In this document: positions 1 to 9,121 of the stretch, one piece after another | Position numbering within the stretch: the stretch's first letter is position 1 | Layout: each line of letters opens with the position of its first letter | From: a virus | Lineage: Duplodnaviria; Caudoviricetes | Reading direction: 5' to 3' (one strand) | DNA: 62,025 nt | Virus record (IMG/VR): IMGVR_UViG_3300000101_000014 | Span: 1-62,025 of that record | Notes under the pieces: model-generated | What the model was told of the DNA's origin: nothing | The model's database searches: none | Seen by the model: only the letters and a program-made list of their open reading frames with translations | Position numbers and translations under genes: made by a program

Positions 1-257
1 GACTCACGTACCCACCTTGCAGACGGGTGATTGATATGACACGCCTTGTACAGGTACATGTTTAAGTCAGGGTCAGGGTGAAAGAACCTCTTGATACGAT
101 GACCCTTAGTGGTACGACCTTCCCACTCTGTGCCATCTACCATACGATGTGCCGTAGACATCAGCTGAGCGTATTCTATGATCATTTTTACGACATGCTT
201 GTCGCAGTGTTGTTCTGCACATCGGACAGGATCTGGATCTAGATAAAAGATATTCAC
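1..257 (-). CDS. Pyrimidine dimer DNA glycosylase / DenV-like protein (runs off left edge)
   Basis: Not in ORF track; GTG at 257 reads MNIFYLDPDPVRCAEQHCDKHVVKMIIEYAQLMSTAHR, the typical N-terminus of this phage family. Confidence 0.75.
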   Translation of the reverse strand, partial: MNIFYLDPDPVRCAEQHCDKHVVKMIIEYAQLMSTAHRMVDGTEWEGRTTKGHRIKRFFHPDPDLNMYLYKACHINHPSARWVRE

Positions 258-409
258 TTGAACTTGGACTCCAAATAGTTACCACCGTTTTTATCTATCC
301 ATGTCGCTGCATGGTAGACTTTAGATATGATATAATACACCATATCCCACAGAAAGGCAATAGGGTACAACACACAATACTTAAAGTATTTGTTTTTATT
401 CAACATCAT
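254..409 (-). CDS. Small hypothetical membrane protein
   Basis: MMLNKNKYFKYCVLYPIAFLW..., hydrophobic core; start trimmed to fit the upstream gene. Confidence 0.5.
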   Translation of the reverse strand: MMLNKNKYFKYCVLYPIAFLWDMVYYIISKVYHAATWIDKNGGNYLESKFK

Positions 410-878
410 CCCCCAGTTTTTTAAGTTGAACTCCACTTTTGAGAAGAAAGTCTTTACCCTTTCCTTTACCAGCATTGTATTCAATATCATAATAGACGGT
501 CTCGATTCCTGATTGGTATAACAATTTGGCACACTCGATACATGGCAAGTGTGTCGTGAATAGGGTTGCACCTTCACCAGACTCGGTAGACTTCGCAAGT
601 TTGGTGATTGCATTAGCTTCTGCGTGAAGAACCTCGGGTTTAGTTTTGTAATGCCCGTAGATGTCTTTGTCTCCATCGTGTACCTTAAAGGTCACGCCAT
701 CATTGGGTACCCAATCCTCACACTGATTATCCCAACCGGTCGGGGTTCCATTATACCCAATACTTATAATGCGATCATCCTTGACAATAACCGCACCAAC
801 TTGTGCTTTAGTTGCAGAACTAAGTTTCGCGGTAGAGTATGCGATATCCATATAGTAGTCAAGAAACTTATCCTTCAT
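396..878 (-). CDS. cd: dCMP deaminase
   Basis: HAEANAI and PCIEC Zn motifs, GYNGTP; start at MKDKFLD. Confidence 0.93.
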   Translation of the reverse strand: MKDKFLDYYMDIAYSTAKLSSATKAQVGAVIVKDDRIISIGYNGTPTGWDNQCEDWVPNDGVTFKVHDGDKDIYGHYKTKPEVLHAEANAITKLAKSTESGEGATLFTTHLPCIECAKLLYQSGIETVYYDIEYNAGKGKGKDFLLKSGVQLKKLGDDVE

Positions 879-1044
879 TAATGAACTCCAGATCAGCGAC
901 CGGATAAAGATACTCCCGCCCATTGGAATGACGGCACAGAACCCGATCAGGGTTGGTCTGTTCGATAACCTGATACACCGCTCGGAACTCATAACCGTAC
1001 GGTGAAGGGCCATAGACAAAGTCGCGAGCGTTAAATACCATCAT
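868..1044 (-). CDS. Small hypothetical protein
   Basis: Read manually: MMVFNARDFVYGPSPYGYEFRAVYQVIEQ...; fills gap with overlapping start/stop. Confidence 0.55.
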   Translation of the reverse strand: MMVFNARDFVYGPSPYGYEFRAVYQVIEQTNPDRVLCRHSNGREYLYPVADLEFINEG

Positions 1045-1304
1045 GCGACATTCAGATCCGGATGGTAAGCATACTGTTCATCACCGTAGATCGAGTTGAA
1101 AAGAACATCGACATCTTGGGCAGACAAAGTGTTGTCGCAGATGACCATGTCAGTGTCACCTTCCATCTGGAGAAACTCCATACGTGTCGTGAAGACATCA
1201 CGAGTACGGTTGTAGAAGTAAGTGAACGTCTGGTCAGTCTCGTTGCGCTTAAAGATCATGTTTTTCTTGAACATAAAAGTATTCCTATCGAAGGTGGAAA
1301 TCAT
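1041..1304 (-). CDS. Hypothetical protein
   Basis: ORF track, start trimmed to MISTFDR. Confidence 0.55.
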   Translation of the reverse strand: MISTFDRNTFMFKKNMIFKRNETDQTFTYFYNRTRDVFTTRMEFLQMEGDTDMVICDNTLSAQDVDVLFNSIYGDEQYAYHPDLNVA

Positions 1305-1503
1305 GGTTAGGGTTGTTCCAGAACTCTGAAACATCTGCGTAGAGAACGACACACTGGTCGTGCTGATAGTACTTACGCAGGTTATAAACGAAGTTGGAAA
1401 GAGTGGAACACCACTCTTGGGAAATCTCGTTCCCATAGTTCCAACGCTGATAGGCAGACTTGATGTAGGACATGGGTAACGGACTTGGTAACTTTTTATT
1501 CAT
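1285..1503 (-). CDS. Hypothetical protein
   Basis: ORF track; GGAGG-type SD upstream. Confidence 0.6.
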   Translation of the reverse strand: MNKKLPSPLPMSYIKSAYQRWNYGNEISQEWCSTLSNFVYNLRKYYQHDQCVVLYADVSEFWNNPNHDFHLR

Positions 1504-1646
1504 TACTTCACCTCCACTTGGTCAACCCAAGCAACATCACGCTCAAGATAAGTCATACGATAGTTAAGAGCATCGACCATAGTGTCGAACATCTTACAGT
1601 TAATTAACTGGTCATTAACAACGTTTCTCAATACATACTTAATCAT
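1503..1646 (-). CDS. Small early protein
   Basis: Read manually: MIKYVLRNVVNDQLINCKMF...; directly after early promoter cassette and GAGAGAG leader. Confidence 0.55.
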   Translation of the reverse strand: MIKYVLRNVVNDQLINCKMFDTMVDALNYRMTYLERDVAWVDQVEVK

Positions 1647-1710
1647 AACTTTCTCTCTCATCTCAATAGGGTACTATTATAACATTGTTTTCATAACAAA
1701 GTCAACTATA
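1647..1710 (-). promoter_or_regulatory. Early sigma70-like promoter cassette
   Basis: TTGACT(1705-1700)-N18-TATAAT(1681-1676) followed by AGTACCCTATTGAGATGAGAGAG leader. Confidence 0.8.
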
Positions 1711-1736
1711 AAGTTCGACTAATTTCAACTATCTGG

Positions 1737-2222
1737 TCACGCCGCCTTAGCAGCTTCCAACTCCGCAACGAACTCACTGTACGGAAGAACTGTGCCATCC
1801 ATCTTCTCGATGACGGTACACATGTCCGTCTGTTCGCCTTCTACCTGCACATAGGTAGAGATACGACCCTTGCAAGTAGACGAGTAGTCAATCTTAGTGG
1901 ACTGGACACACGAGAACCTATTGCCCTCGATCAACTCCATGTACACCGGAGATTCCCAATATTCACAGAAGTCCTCGATCTTGAAATCGCACTGGTCTAC
2001 CACAGTCTCGCCCACAACGTACTCCTCAGCGTACTCAGACTTGTGAGTCACACAGCCTTCTATGAGGCTATAGAACTCCTCTGACTGCGCCTGCTCGAGA
2101 TCCATCTCGCAGATGTAGGTGTTACCACCCTTCATCTTCCAGTACTGCGGGCATTCACCCTCGCCGTCCCAATCATGGGCGCCATAGTTTTCGCGGAACT
2201 GTGTGTGTAGAACTAATTTCAT
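1737..2222 (-). CDS. Hypothetical early protein
   Basis: ORF track; ENYGAHDWDG..CPQYWKMKGG motif seen in marine phage hypotheticals. Confidence 0.7.
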   Translation of the reverse strand: MKLVLHTQFRENYGAHDWDGEGECPQYWKMKGGNTYICEMDLEQAQSEEFYSLIEGCVTHKSEYAEEYVVGETVVDQCDFKIEDFCEYWESPVYMELIEGNRFSCVQSTKIDYSSTCKGRISTYVQVEGEQTDMCTVIEKMDGTVLPYSEFVAELEAAKAA

Positions 2223-2223
2223 A

Positions 2224-2571
2224 CTATGCTATCCTCTCAATACCAAAACCATTACGCAGACTGCGTGGCGGTTGACGTTTCTTTCTAGGTTTCCACCCCA
2301 AATATTCCATTGCTTGCATCGGGGAGGATTCTTCACTCAACTCGATATATTCTTCAACCGAAGTAGTCTTACAAAGGAAGTTGACCCACGACTTCCAAGG
2401 CTTAGAACCGTACTTGAATCGCGCAATGAAAGTTGGTTGTGGCTTACCGTGCCAAGATGGGTGACAATCAGGTCTCGCGACCTCCATGTTCACAGACTTA
2501 CTGTGACGCCCACGGTACATCAAGTACATACCGTCCCAAACAAACTGGTCTTTCTCAAATCGTGTTTTCAT
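2224..2571 (-). CDS. Hypothetical early protein
   Basis: ORF track; first gene after promoter cassette. Confidence 0.7.
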   Translation of the reverse strand: MKTRFEKDQFVWDGMYLMYRGRHSKSVNMEVARPDCHPSWHGKPQPTFIARFKYGSKPWKSWVNFLCKTTSVEEYIELSEESSPMQAMEYLGWKPRKKRQPPRSLRNGFGIERIA

Positions 2572-2645
2572 AACTTACTCTCTCATCTCAATAGGGTACT
2601 ATTATCTCATGTTTTGAGAACAAAGTCAACACTATTTTTAGACCA
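2572..2645 (-). promoter_or_regulatory. Early sigma70-like promoter cassette
   Basis: TTGACT(2629-2624)-N17-GATAAT(2606-2601), same leader as at 1647-1710. Confidence 0.8.
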
Positions 2646-2709
2646 ATTTGTTATAATAATCACACTTTTATGCACTTTAGTTTGGTCAAAACACACACTT
2701 TTATGCACG

Positions 2710-3252
2710 TTAGTCTTGACGGTAGAAGATATGAGATCCAATAGTCCCTACTTGTTGTAAGGATGGAGCCCAATATGGATTGACATAGGTAGTGTGGTAA
2801 TGGGTGGCACCCTCTGTGATACCACGGAACTTACCGACATGTAACATTCTGTAAGCAACATACACCGATTCTTCCCATGCATCTACTTCAGTTGCGGTAT
2901 CACCTTTCCCGTCACAATACCAACTGAACTGACAACGATTTCTTACTGGTACAAGAATGGTAGGATCTTTCCAAGAGGGTTTAGTCTCACCTTGATACAC
3001 CACGGAACAGACATCACTTGGATATCTGTCGTCACGTACGCGATTCAGAACTACATCGGCAACTGCATATTTACCTGCAAGGTTCTCTGACCTCGACTCA
3101 TGATAAACATTCATCGCCAAACAATGCAGGTCTTTTGATCGATATTCCAACGAACTATCCATCGTGATGCCATCATCAAAGGTGCTTGCATTGATCCCAT
3201 TGATGATCAATAACAGAAAGAATGCAGGTAACACTAGTTTGATTATATTCAT
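2710..3252 (-). CDS. SleB-like cell wall hydrolase (Hydrolase_2)
   Basis: CLAMNVYHESR, VADVVLNRV, CQFSWYCDG, GATHYH, IGSHIFY; N-terminal signal/anchor. Confidence 0.9.
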   Translation of the reverse strand: MNIIKLVLPAFFLLLIINGINASTFDDGITMDSSLEYRSKDLHCLAMNVYHESRSENLAGKYAVADVVLNRVRDDRYPSDVCSVVYQGETKPSWKDPTILVPVRNRCQFSWYCDGKGDTATEVDAWEESVYVAYRMLHVGKFRGITEGATHYHTTYVNPYWAPSLQQVGTIGSHIFYRQD

Positions 3253-3254
3253 AT

Positions 3255-3509
3255 CTACGCTTCTTTCGGAAACAAAGACAATTGAACAGGAGCGAAAGGA
3301 TCTGGGACAATAAGTGCCATCCCCTCCTCCTCTTCTACGTAATTCGAGACTTCTTCTACCGCATCTACATAATCTATGCGTTCACAAAGTTTACCAACTA
3401 TACGTTCTTGGTTCTCTATAGACGCATCGTTGGATAGATCTTCGAGTTGATCTAAACACCACTCGCCCATTTCACCTCGGGCATACCAAGGGGTTCCTGT
3501 TGTTCTCAT
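3255..3509 (-). CDS. Hypothetical protein
   Basis: ORF track, packed gene order. Confidence 0.6.
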   Translation of the reverse strand: MRTTGTPWYARGEMGEWCLDQLEDLSNDASIENQERIVGKLCERIDYVDAVEEVSNYVEEEEGMALIVPDPFAPVQLSLFPKEA

Positions 3510-3694
3510 ACTACCTCCATTACAATTCCAATTCTCTTTTCACGGTTGACCTCAATAGTCACCGTATCACCAACCCGCCGGCGTTCGCCTTCGGCATCAC
3601 AAAACACGTGGGTCTTTATTACCCGTTTACCATAGTAACGGTACTCAATCTTATACTCATTCCAGTTCCAGACTGGAAGTTTGAAAAAACTCAA
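3506..3694 (-). CDS. Hypothetical protein
   Basis: ORF track, 4-bp overlaps with neighbours. Confidence 0.5.
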   Translation of the reverse strand: MSFFKLPVWNWNEYKIEYRYYGKRVIKTHVFCDAEGERRRVGDTVTIEVNREKRIGIVMEVV

Positions 3695-4029
3695 GCTGCA
3701 ATCTCCTTTCCATAAACAGGATCTATTTCAAAACCGCACATCGCGACTTTATATTTTACATTACCCATCAACATCCGGTCACCCATTGAGGTAGACCGCA
3801 GACCGTACGTCACACCTTCGTGGACTGGCAGTTCTGCCATGACGGTCACATCTTCTGAATAGTCGGGATTAGGTTCAAAGTCATTACGACTCCACGAACC
3901 ACCAAGGTTCTGAGTACGATGGTATGCATACTCAAGGGCTTCATCACCCGTACGACTGCCGACTTCGACAAGGGCAACAACTCGGGGCGAATCTTCAAAC
4001 GCCGTGTGAATAACTGTTACAGTATTCAT
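3691..4029 (-). CDS. Hypothetical early protein
   Basis: ORF track; RSTSMGD motif (YodL-like), AGGAG SD. Confidence 0.65.
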   Translation of the reverse strand: MNTVTVIHTAFEDSPRVVALVEVGSRTGDEALEYAYHRTQNLGGSWSRNDFEPNPDYSEDVTVMAELPVHEGVTYGLRSTSMGDRMLMGNVKYKVAMCGFEIDPVYGKEIAA

Positions 4030-4337
4030 TATATTTCTCCTTTAATTAACTGAGACTCACGCAACTCGGCAACGATGTCACGAACATACTCGCGATCGAT
4101 GGAGTCACCTTCATAGGGGGTTGCACCTTTCATTTGTGAACGTGCAATACGGATTTCGGTCGCGAGTTTTACCTCATCGTACATGTATCCGTAGTCATAG
4201 ATACCACCGTGACCGTAGAACGACAAAACATATTCGATAAACGAATTGGTGTAGTAGCTGATGTCATACGGTAAGGTGGACATTTGTTCGCTGTCAGAAG
4301 CGCAGATTATTGGTTTGGAAGTCGCGGAAGCAGTCAT
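4029..4337 (-). CDS. Hypothetical early protein
   Basis: ORF track; GDSIDREYVRD motif; follows promoter cassette. Confidence 0.65.
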   Translation of the reverse strand: MTASATSKPIICASDSEQMSTLPYDISYYTNSFIEYVLSFYGHGGIYDYGYMYDEVKLATEIRIARSQMKGATPYEGDSIDREYVRDIVAELRESQLIKGEI

Positions 4338-4339
4338 AT

Positions 4340-4420
4340 ATTCTCTCTCTCATCATCAAATTACATAGTAATTATCTCATGTTTTGAGAACAAAAGCAAC
4401 ACTTTTTTTAGGTATTTTTA
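4340..4420 (-). promoter_or_regulatory. Early sigma70-like promoter cassette
   Basis: TTGCTT(4399-4394)-N17-GATAAT(4376-4371); 24 bp identical to the 2601-2624 copy. Confidence 0.75.
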
Positions 4421-4427
4421 GATATTT

Positions 4428-4598
4428 TTAGACTGTTTTGATCTCGATAATGGTATCTCTTATAACATCTTCGTATATACCATCATGGGTCAAAACGACA
4501 ATTCTTGCTGAAGTGGGGTTGTTGAGGTGAGCTGGCATAGTCCCTTTTATCTCTAGAACCATGCCTGTCTTCCAATGTTTGTAAGTTACTTTAACCAT
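4428..4598 (-). CDS. Small hypothetical protein
   Basis: Read manually: MVKVTYKHWKTGMVLEIKG...; TAATG overlap with pcyX stop. Confidence 0.55.
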   Translation of the reverse strand: MVKVTYKHWKTGMVLEIKGTMPAHLNNPTSARIVVLTHDGIYEDVIRDTIIEIKTV

Positions 4599-5251
4599 TA
4601 ATAAGGGAACTGTTTGTTTGTTTTGAAGTCAGTTAAGTAGTCTTCGGGAAAACCTAGGTTCAACATGACATTGAAACTATGGGGGTTCTGTAACTGGTTG
4701 TGACAGTACTTCTCTCGTGCCATACAGAACTCGTAATGTTCTGCATCATCCATGACTGAATACATAGGTATCTTTGATGCCTTGTCAAACCACCGTTCGA
4801 GGTTCTCTGAACCAAATGCACACAACTCTAGACACTCATCCTTTTCCTTGATATTACCCGCAGCAATCATGTTCTCAGAGAAGATCTCTTTTGCCCAGTC
4901 GGGAAGTGGTCGTGTCCGTGCCACCTGTTTACGTTCCATCTTCATGTCATTGAATCCTGTAGGAGACAGATCATGGAAACATCCTGTTACTTTCTTTTTA
5001 GAACAAACTACATCGAACCCATAGATGGGCATCGGAGTCTTTGACTTAGAGTATGCGTTGACGTGCATCATCCAGATACCGTGAGTATCTCTTTTGTCAA
5101 CAACACTTACATGACCCATATCTAGTACGCGACTCGACCAGAACCAGTTGTAGTGACCCAGATCTTCTCTGTGATCCACATTAGGACTGTCACAGTATAA
5201 TGTCATAGTACGTATCAGATCATCTTTGAGTTCTATAAAATCATTCCACAT
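4598..5251 (-). CDS. pcyX: Ferredoxin-dependent bilin reductase, PcyX/PcyA-like
   Basis: WMMH, PIYGFDVV, VTGCFHDLSP, RPLPDWAKEIFSENMIAAG, YCHNQLQNPH; directly downstream of heme oxygenase. Confidence 0.8.
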   Translation of the reverse strand: MWNDFIELKDDLIRTMTLYCDSPNVDHREDLGHYNWFWSSRVLDMGHVSVVDKRDTHGIWMMHVNAYSKSKTPMPIYGFDVVCSKKKVTGCFHDLSPTGFNDMKMERKQVARTRPLPDWAKEIFSENMIAAGNIKEKDECLELCAFGSENLERWFDKASKIPMYSVMDDAEHYEFCMAREKYCHNQLQNPHSFNVMLNLGFPEDYLTDFKTNKQFPY

Positions 5252-5753
5252 CTTCGAGTTCCTTTAACATTTCACCATGATATACAAAACCTTGGTAGAC
5301 TTGATCCCAATCAACCTTGAGTTTGCGTATAGATTTGATCGCAGTTGTACGGTCAGAGAAATGCCACATCCACTCCATCTCAGGGTTATTTTCGGAAATA
5401 ATCTGACCACCCATCAACATTGCCATGTAGTTCAAATAAACGTGAGAGTTCCACTTGTCTTTATCGTCTTCACAACCCACAATGTAGTTGATATATTTTG
5501 CGGTTCCTTGGGTCATAAGATCCCCATCGATCTTACCACCGAGTTCCCGTACACAGTCTGAGATCTTGTCGCACCGTGGTAGAGACGAATGTGGTAGATG
5601 TCGGAAGATGTTATGTTCCATTGCTTGAAAGATGAACCATTGGTTCACCATGTATGCAATACTTTGCGTGTCGGTCAGTTCACCCTTAAAGAGAGATTGG
5701 GAGAACGGCATCCTCTCGACTTCTTCGTGCACTTCTTTTATCTTCTCGTTCAT
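5241..5753 (-). CDS. hemO: Heme oxygenase
   Basis: Proximal His helix KEVHEEVE and distal HVYLNYMAMLMGGQII. Confidence 0.8.
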   Translation of the reverse strand: MNEKIKEVHEEVERMPFSQSLFKGELTDTQSIAYMVNQWFIFQAMEHNIFRHLPHSSLPRCDKISDCVRELGGKIDGDLMTQGTAKYINYIVGCEDDKDKWNSHVYLNYMAMLMGGQIISENNPEMEWMWHFSDRTTAIKSIRKLKVDWDQVYQGFVYHGEMLKELEDVE

Positions 5754-6420
5754 AGTAACTATCTATGGTCTCTTGTAATTTAGGATACCAATCATCACGG
5801 TGTTCAACGAAGACTTGTGGATCTCCCTCATCAACTGCAATAATAGTAACCAACTGAGTAATTGGCATACCCGTACGTTCTTCCCACATGATTGCATATG
5901 CAGTCTCTTGTTGGAAGTACTGTTTAATGTGTGCCTTCTGTTTAGTCTTACGTGAAGTCTTGAAGTCAATGATGGATAGTTTACCATCGAACTCTGCGAC
6001 ACAATCCACACGACCAGCGACTTTGAGGTGATCAGAGTACAGGGGTGCTTCTTGCAGGTAGACTTTACCAATACGAGTATCTAGTATATCTTTAACCTTG
6101 AGAAAGTCTGCATGGATATTAGGCATATAACCCTTGGTATACTTAGGGTCATTGTCGATATACTTCTCGATCAATTCATGAACTGCGGTACCACGTTGGG
6201 ATGCACGATAAGAGATCTTATTCGCTTCCTCTTCACCCACACGTTTGCGCCACATTGCGATACCCTTCTCAGAGAGTATAGACAACACTGTAGTAATGGA
6301 TGGGTAGTTACCGCCTTGTGGAAGGACATAACGTCTGCCATCCTCACTCTGGGTAGTGTCGAGGTCTTTATACCCCAGATCTACATCAACATGTTCGAAC
6401 ATTCTTGGTTCTCTATTCAT
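5686..6420 (-). CDS. PD-(D/E)xK exonuclease (T4-like phage Cas4-fold exonuclease)
   Basis: YPSITTVL, RGTAVHE, AGRVDC, IIDFKTS, QETAYA. Confidence 0.88.
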   Translation of the reverse strand: MNREPRMFEHVDVDLGYKDLDTTQSEDGRRYVLPQGGNYPSITTVLSILSEKGIAMWRKRVGEEEANKISYRASQRGTAVHELIEKYIDNDPKYTKGYMPNIHADFLKVKDILDTRIGKVYLQEAPLYSDHLKVAGRVDCVAEFDGKLSIIDFKTSRKTKQKAHIKQYFQQETAYAIMWEERTGMPITQLVTIIAVDEGDPQVFVEHRDDWYPKLQETIDSYYEREDKRSARRSREDAVLPISL

Positions 6421-6431
6421 AGTAAGTGTAC

Positions 6432-6460
6432 ATTATACAGGGTTAGGGAGATGTTGGCAA
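6432..6460 (-). promoter_or_regulatory. sigma70-like promoter
   Basis: TTGCCA-N17-TATAAT upstream of exonuclease. Confidence 0.65.
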
Positions 6461-6463
6461 GGA

Positions 6464-7147
6464 TTATATAAAGAAATCGTCTTGATCTATGGTAGTGTTG
6501 TATCTATACCCCAGACTCTTTAGATAGTTTGACTGTTCACTCTTCCCACCTTCCCAACTGCGTTCGATCTGTAGTAGGGGTTTACAACGTTTTAACGTCT
6601 CAGTCATACCATACAAGGGTTGCATGATGTACCCTTCTGTATCCATCTTGATGAAGTCAACGTCCTCAAACTCATATGAATCAATAGTTCTTGTGTTAAT
6701 AATGATCTGTTGAGTCTCGTCAAACTGTTCTTTTCTACGTGGATTCTTCCATCTAGATTCGATCAGTGTCTTGGTCTGGTGGTTCTCGATCACATTACTG
6801 CCGGGATTCTGTTTATTAACCCAGATGGTTGCAGTACCCTCGATGTCACTGATACCGACATTGTGGATCTCTATCTGATCGTTGTTCTTTGTGTTCTCTT
6901 CCAGACACTCAAACAATGCGGGGACTGGTTCGAACGAGACAACCTTCTTAAATTGACTTGCAAACTTGAGAGCAGAACCACCAACATGACCACCAAAGTC
7001 TATGGCGAAGTCACGTTTACGAGTGAGTTTCAGTACTGTCTCCCACTGGTTACGTTCTGCTGGGCCGGGAAAATATAGATTTTTCCATAATCTCGCATCC
7101 GTCTTTTGGTAATCCGGATAAGCGTAACCTTCCTTGTTAAAAATCAC
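6464..7147 (-). CDS. FkbM-family SAM methyltransferase
   Basis: AIDFGGHVG, SFEP, DFIKMDTEG. Confidence 0.85.
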   Translation of the reverse strand: MIFNKEGYAYPDYQKTDARLWKNLYFPGPAERNQWETVLKLTRKRDFAIDFGGHVGGSALKFASQFKKVVSFEPVPALFECLEENTKNNDQIEIHNVGISDIEGTATIWVNKQNPGSNVIENHQTKTLIESRWKNPRRKEQFDETQQIIINTRTIDSYEFEDVDFIKMDTEGYIMQPLYGMTETLKRCKPLLQIERSWEGGKSEQSNYLKSLGYRYNTTIDQDDFFI

Positions 7148-7803
7148 TTTGACATATCCGAAGGATCTTCACGTTCCTGTAGTTTACTCATCTTACCCTT
7201 GTACACCTCTACACGGACATTGTCAGGTTTAGGTATCTTCAGGTGATCGTGGTTGTGATGAAGAACAAACTCAGTATTAGGGAACTCGTTAAATAGATGC
7301 ATCCAGACGGGTCTCCAGTTACCTAACAAACGGTAGTTATTGTTATCACTACGATCACTCATCAACATTAGATCAGTGTAACTACGCATGTTGAAGTCGA
7401 AGATAGTATCGAATCCGTACATGTGAATAACATCTGCTTTATGTTTCTTCGCTGCGTAGTGGACTGCCATGTGACCACAGTTGAAATTGGTTGCGTTACC
7501 TGCATACTTGGGTACGTCAGTATAGAACTCTTTTACACGATGTGCATACTTGAGGTAGAACGTACTCCTCTCGTACATCCAGATCCTAGGTCTAGTACCC
7601 AATACCCACTCATACTGATCCAGTGCAAGTTCACCCTTGGTGAGTGCCTGCATCATCTTAAAGTCGACCATACATGTTGCGTAGACTTCACTAGGATCCA
7701 TTTCAAACGGAGGCATATTACAAAGAATCTTTATCCCATGACGGGGTTTCTCTTTGTAGTATTGTGCTTTATCACCATTACCGATTACATGACAAACTTT
7801 CAT
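7144..7803 (-). CDS. Putative glycan-modifying enzyme (sialyltransferase/Maf-like fold)
   Basis: CHVIGNG...HMYGFD pattern; context. Confidence 0.45.
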   Translation of the reverse strand: MKVCHVIGNGDKAQYYKEKPRHGIKILCNMPPFEMDPSEVYATCMVDFKMMQALTKGELALDQYEWVLGTRPRIWMYERSTFYLKYAHRVKEFYTDVPKYAGNATNFNCGHMAVHYAAKKHKADVIHMYGFDTIFDFNMRSYTDLMLMSDRSDNNNYRLLGNWRPVWMHLFNEFPNTEFVLHHNHDHLKIPKPDNVRVEVYKGKMSKLQEREDPSDMSK

Positions 7804-8471
7804 TTCCAGTATTCCTCAATCCAACTTTGTGGTTCATACGTTTTCATCGGAGTAGTAACCGATTCGTTCTGTGCTTGTATCACACTAGGTCTCCCGTGGA
7901 AACAGATTATCGATGTGTCTTCTAATCTGTCGGGATATACTTCATACTTATACGACTTTACTTTGTTAGGATACAGGTGTTGTAGTAGGTCACGTTTCTT
8001 TATGACAGAGTTTAACCACTCCCCATCTCCTCGAAATCTTTTGAGAACATCATCACCTGTAAAGAAGAACTCTGCACGTAACCAATCCATCGCAGCAGAT
8101 CTCCATGCCATCACACCCGACTGCATAACACCCTTGAGGTGTTGTTGATGTGAGTTTGCCACACCAAGATCTTCAATACCCATAAAGGTACCGTTGTAGT
8201 CCATCAACCAGTCTATCGATGATGTGATAATTGTGTCAAGATCTAGGTAAACAATACGACCACTAATCTTACCATCAAACAATTGAATCTTGTTCCACCA
8301 CCCTGTCATGCCGGGTTCTAGGATCTTGGTATCAACTCCATCAATTTTACGATCAGACAGACACACAAACTTATGTGGTCGAGTAGTGTTTCTTTCTACT
8401 GCACGTTTAAGTTTATGTACATACTCTTCAGAGAACTTGTCTCCCCACAACACACAACATACTGTAATCAT
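7800..8471 (-). CDS. Glycosyltransferase (GT-A)
   Basis: CVLWGDKF, GWWNKIQLF, YLDLD (DxD), ICFHGRP. Confidence 0.8.
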   Translation of the reverse strand: MITVCCVLWGDKFSEEYVHKLKRAVERNTTRPHKFVCLSDRKIDGVDTKILEPGMTGWWNKIQLFDGKISGRIVYLDLDTIITSSIDWLMDYNGTFMGIEDLGVANSHQQHLKGVMQSGVMAWRSAAMDWLRAEFFFTGDDVLKRFRGDGEWLNSVIKKRDLLQHLYPNKVKSYKYEVYPDRLEDTSIICFHGRPSVIQAQNESVTTPMKTYEPQSWIEEYWK

Positions 8472-9121
8472 AATAATTTATAGTCCTTGTTGTAACCATG
8501 TTTTGCAGAACATCCACCCTCATTTTGGATGGTACTGAAACTATCAACGGCAGCGACAGGCCACGGATAGTATTCTTCCAACCACGGGAACCATGCAGTA
8601 GTTAAGAACACGTCAGTAGGTGATGCGTGAGTCTTTGCGTGTTCAACGAGTGCCTTTGCACCCTTGGGGTTGATACGGTATGCATGGGCGCCTGGAAAGT
8701 ACTTCTTACTTGTCAACGGGTTTGTACCTAGTGTCGTAGGAGTATTATACTTCCCATAACTAGGTTGACCCAAAGAGATACAACCTTGGTAATTGATGAA
8801 CTCAGGTAGGTTACCGACACGAACTGCGTCATGTTCGAATACCTGAATCTCTTCGTTTTTGGCAATACAGTGTTTCCAGAGAGAGTAGTGAGACAGAAAC
8901 GCAGAGACACATCGGTCACGTCTAGAGATAAACTCTTCCTTGTCCATGTGTGAGAACCATCCCAGAGACATATTTTCTTTCTTTGCGATCTGCATAGGGT
9001 CATCTTCAGGAGTAACACCTGCGTACATTTCAACATTGTATTCTGGCATCGATTCAATACACCGTTCCGCAGCCTTCACTGACTCCGGTATATTCATGAC
9101 TGTAATCACATATGACTTCAT
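8468..9121 (-). CDS. GT25-like glycosyltransferase
   Basis: SYVITV, AFLSHYSLW, VFEHDA, GAHAYRI. Confidence 0.82.
   Translation of the reverse strand: MKSYVITVMNIPESVKAAERCIESMPEYNVEMYAGVTPEDDPMQIAKKENMSLGWFSHMDKEEFISRRDRCVSAFLSHYSLWKHCIAKNEEIQVFEHDAVRVGNLPEFINYQGCISLGQPSYGKYNTPTTLGTNPLTSKKYFPGAHAYRINPKGAKALVEHAKTHASPTDVFLTTAWFPWLEEYYPWPVAAVDSFSTIQNEGGCSAKHGYNKDYKLL

Noticed and set aside
1647-4420. Repeats as a CRISPR array
   Set aside because: Irregularly spaced hundreds to thousands of bp apart and explained as promoters
4598-5753. Cyanophage assignment from bilin genes
   Set aside because: Motifs look PcyX-like, ISC genes are proteobacterial-like, no psbA/hli in the window; not fully excluded
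5686-6420. Cas4 / CRISPR-Cas locus
   Set aside because: Standard T4-like exonuclease; no four-Cys cluster motif, other cas genes or array
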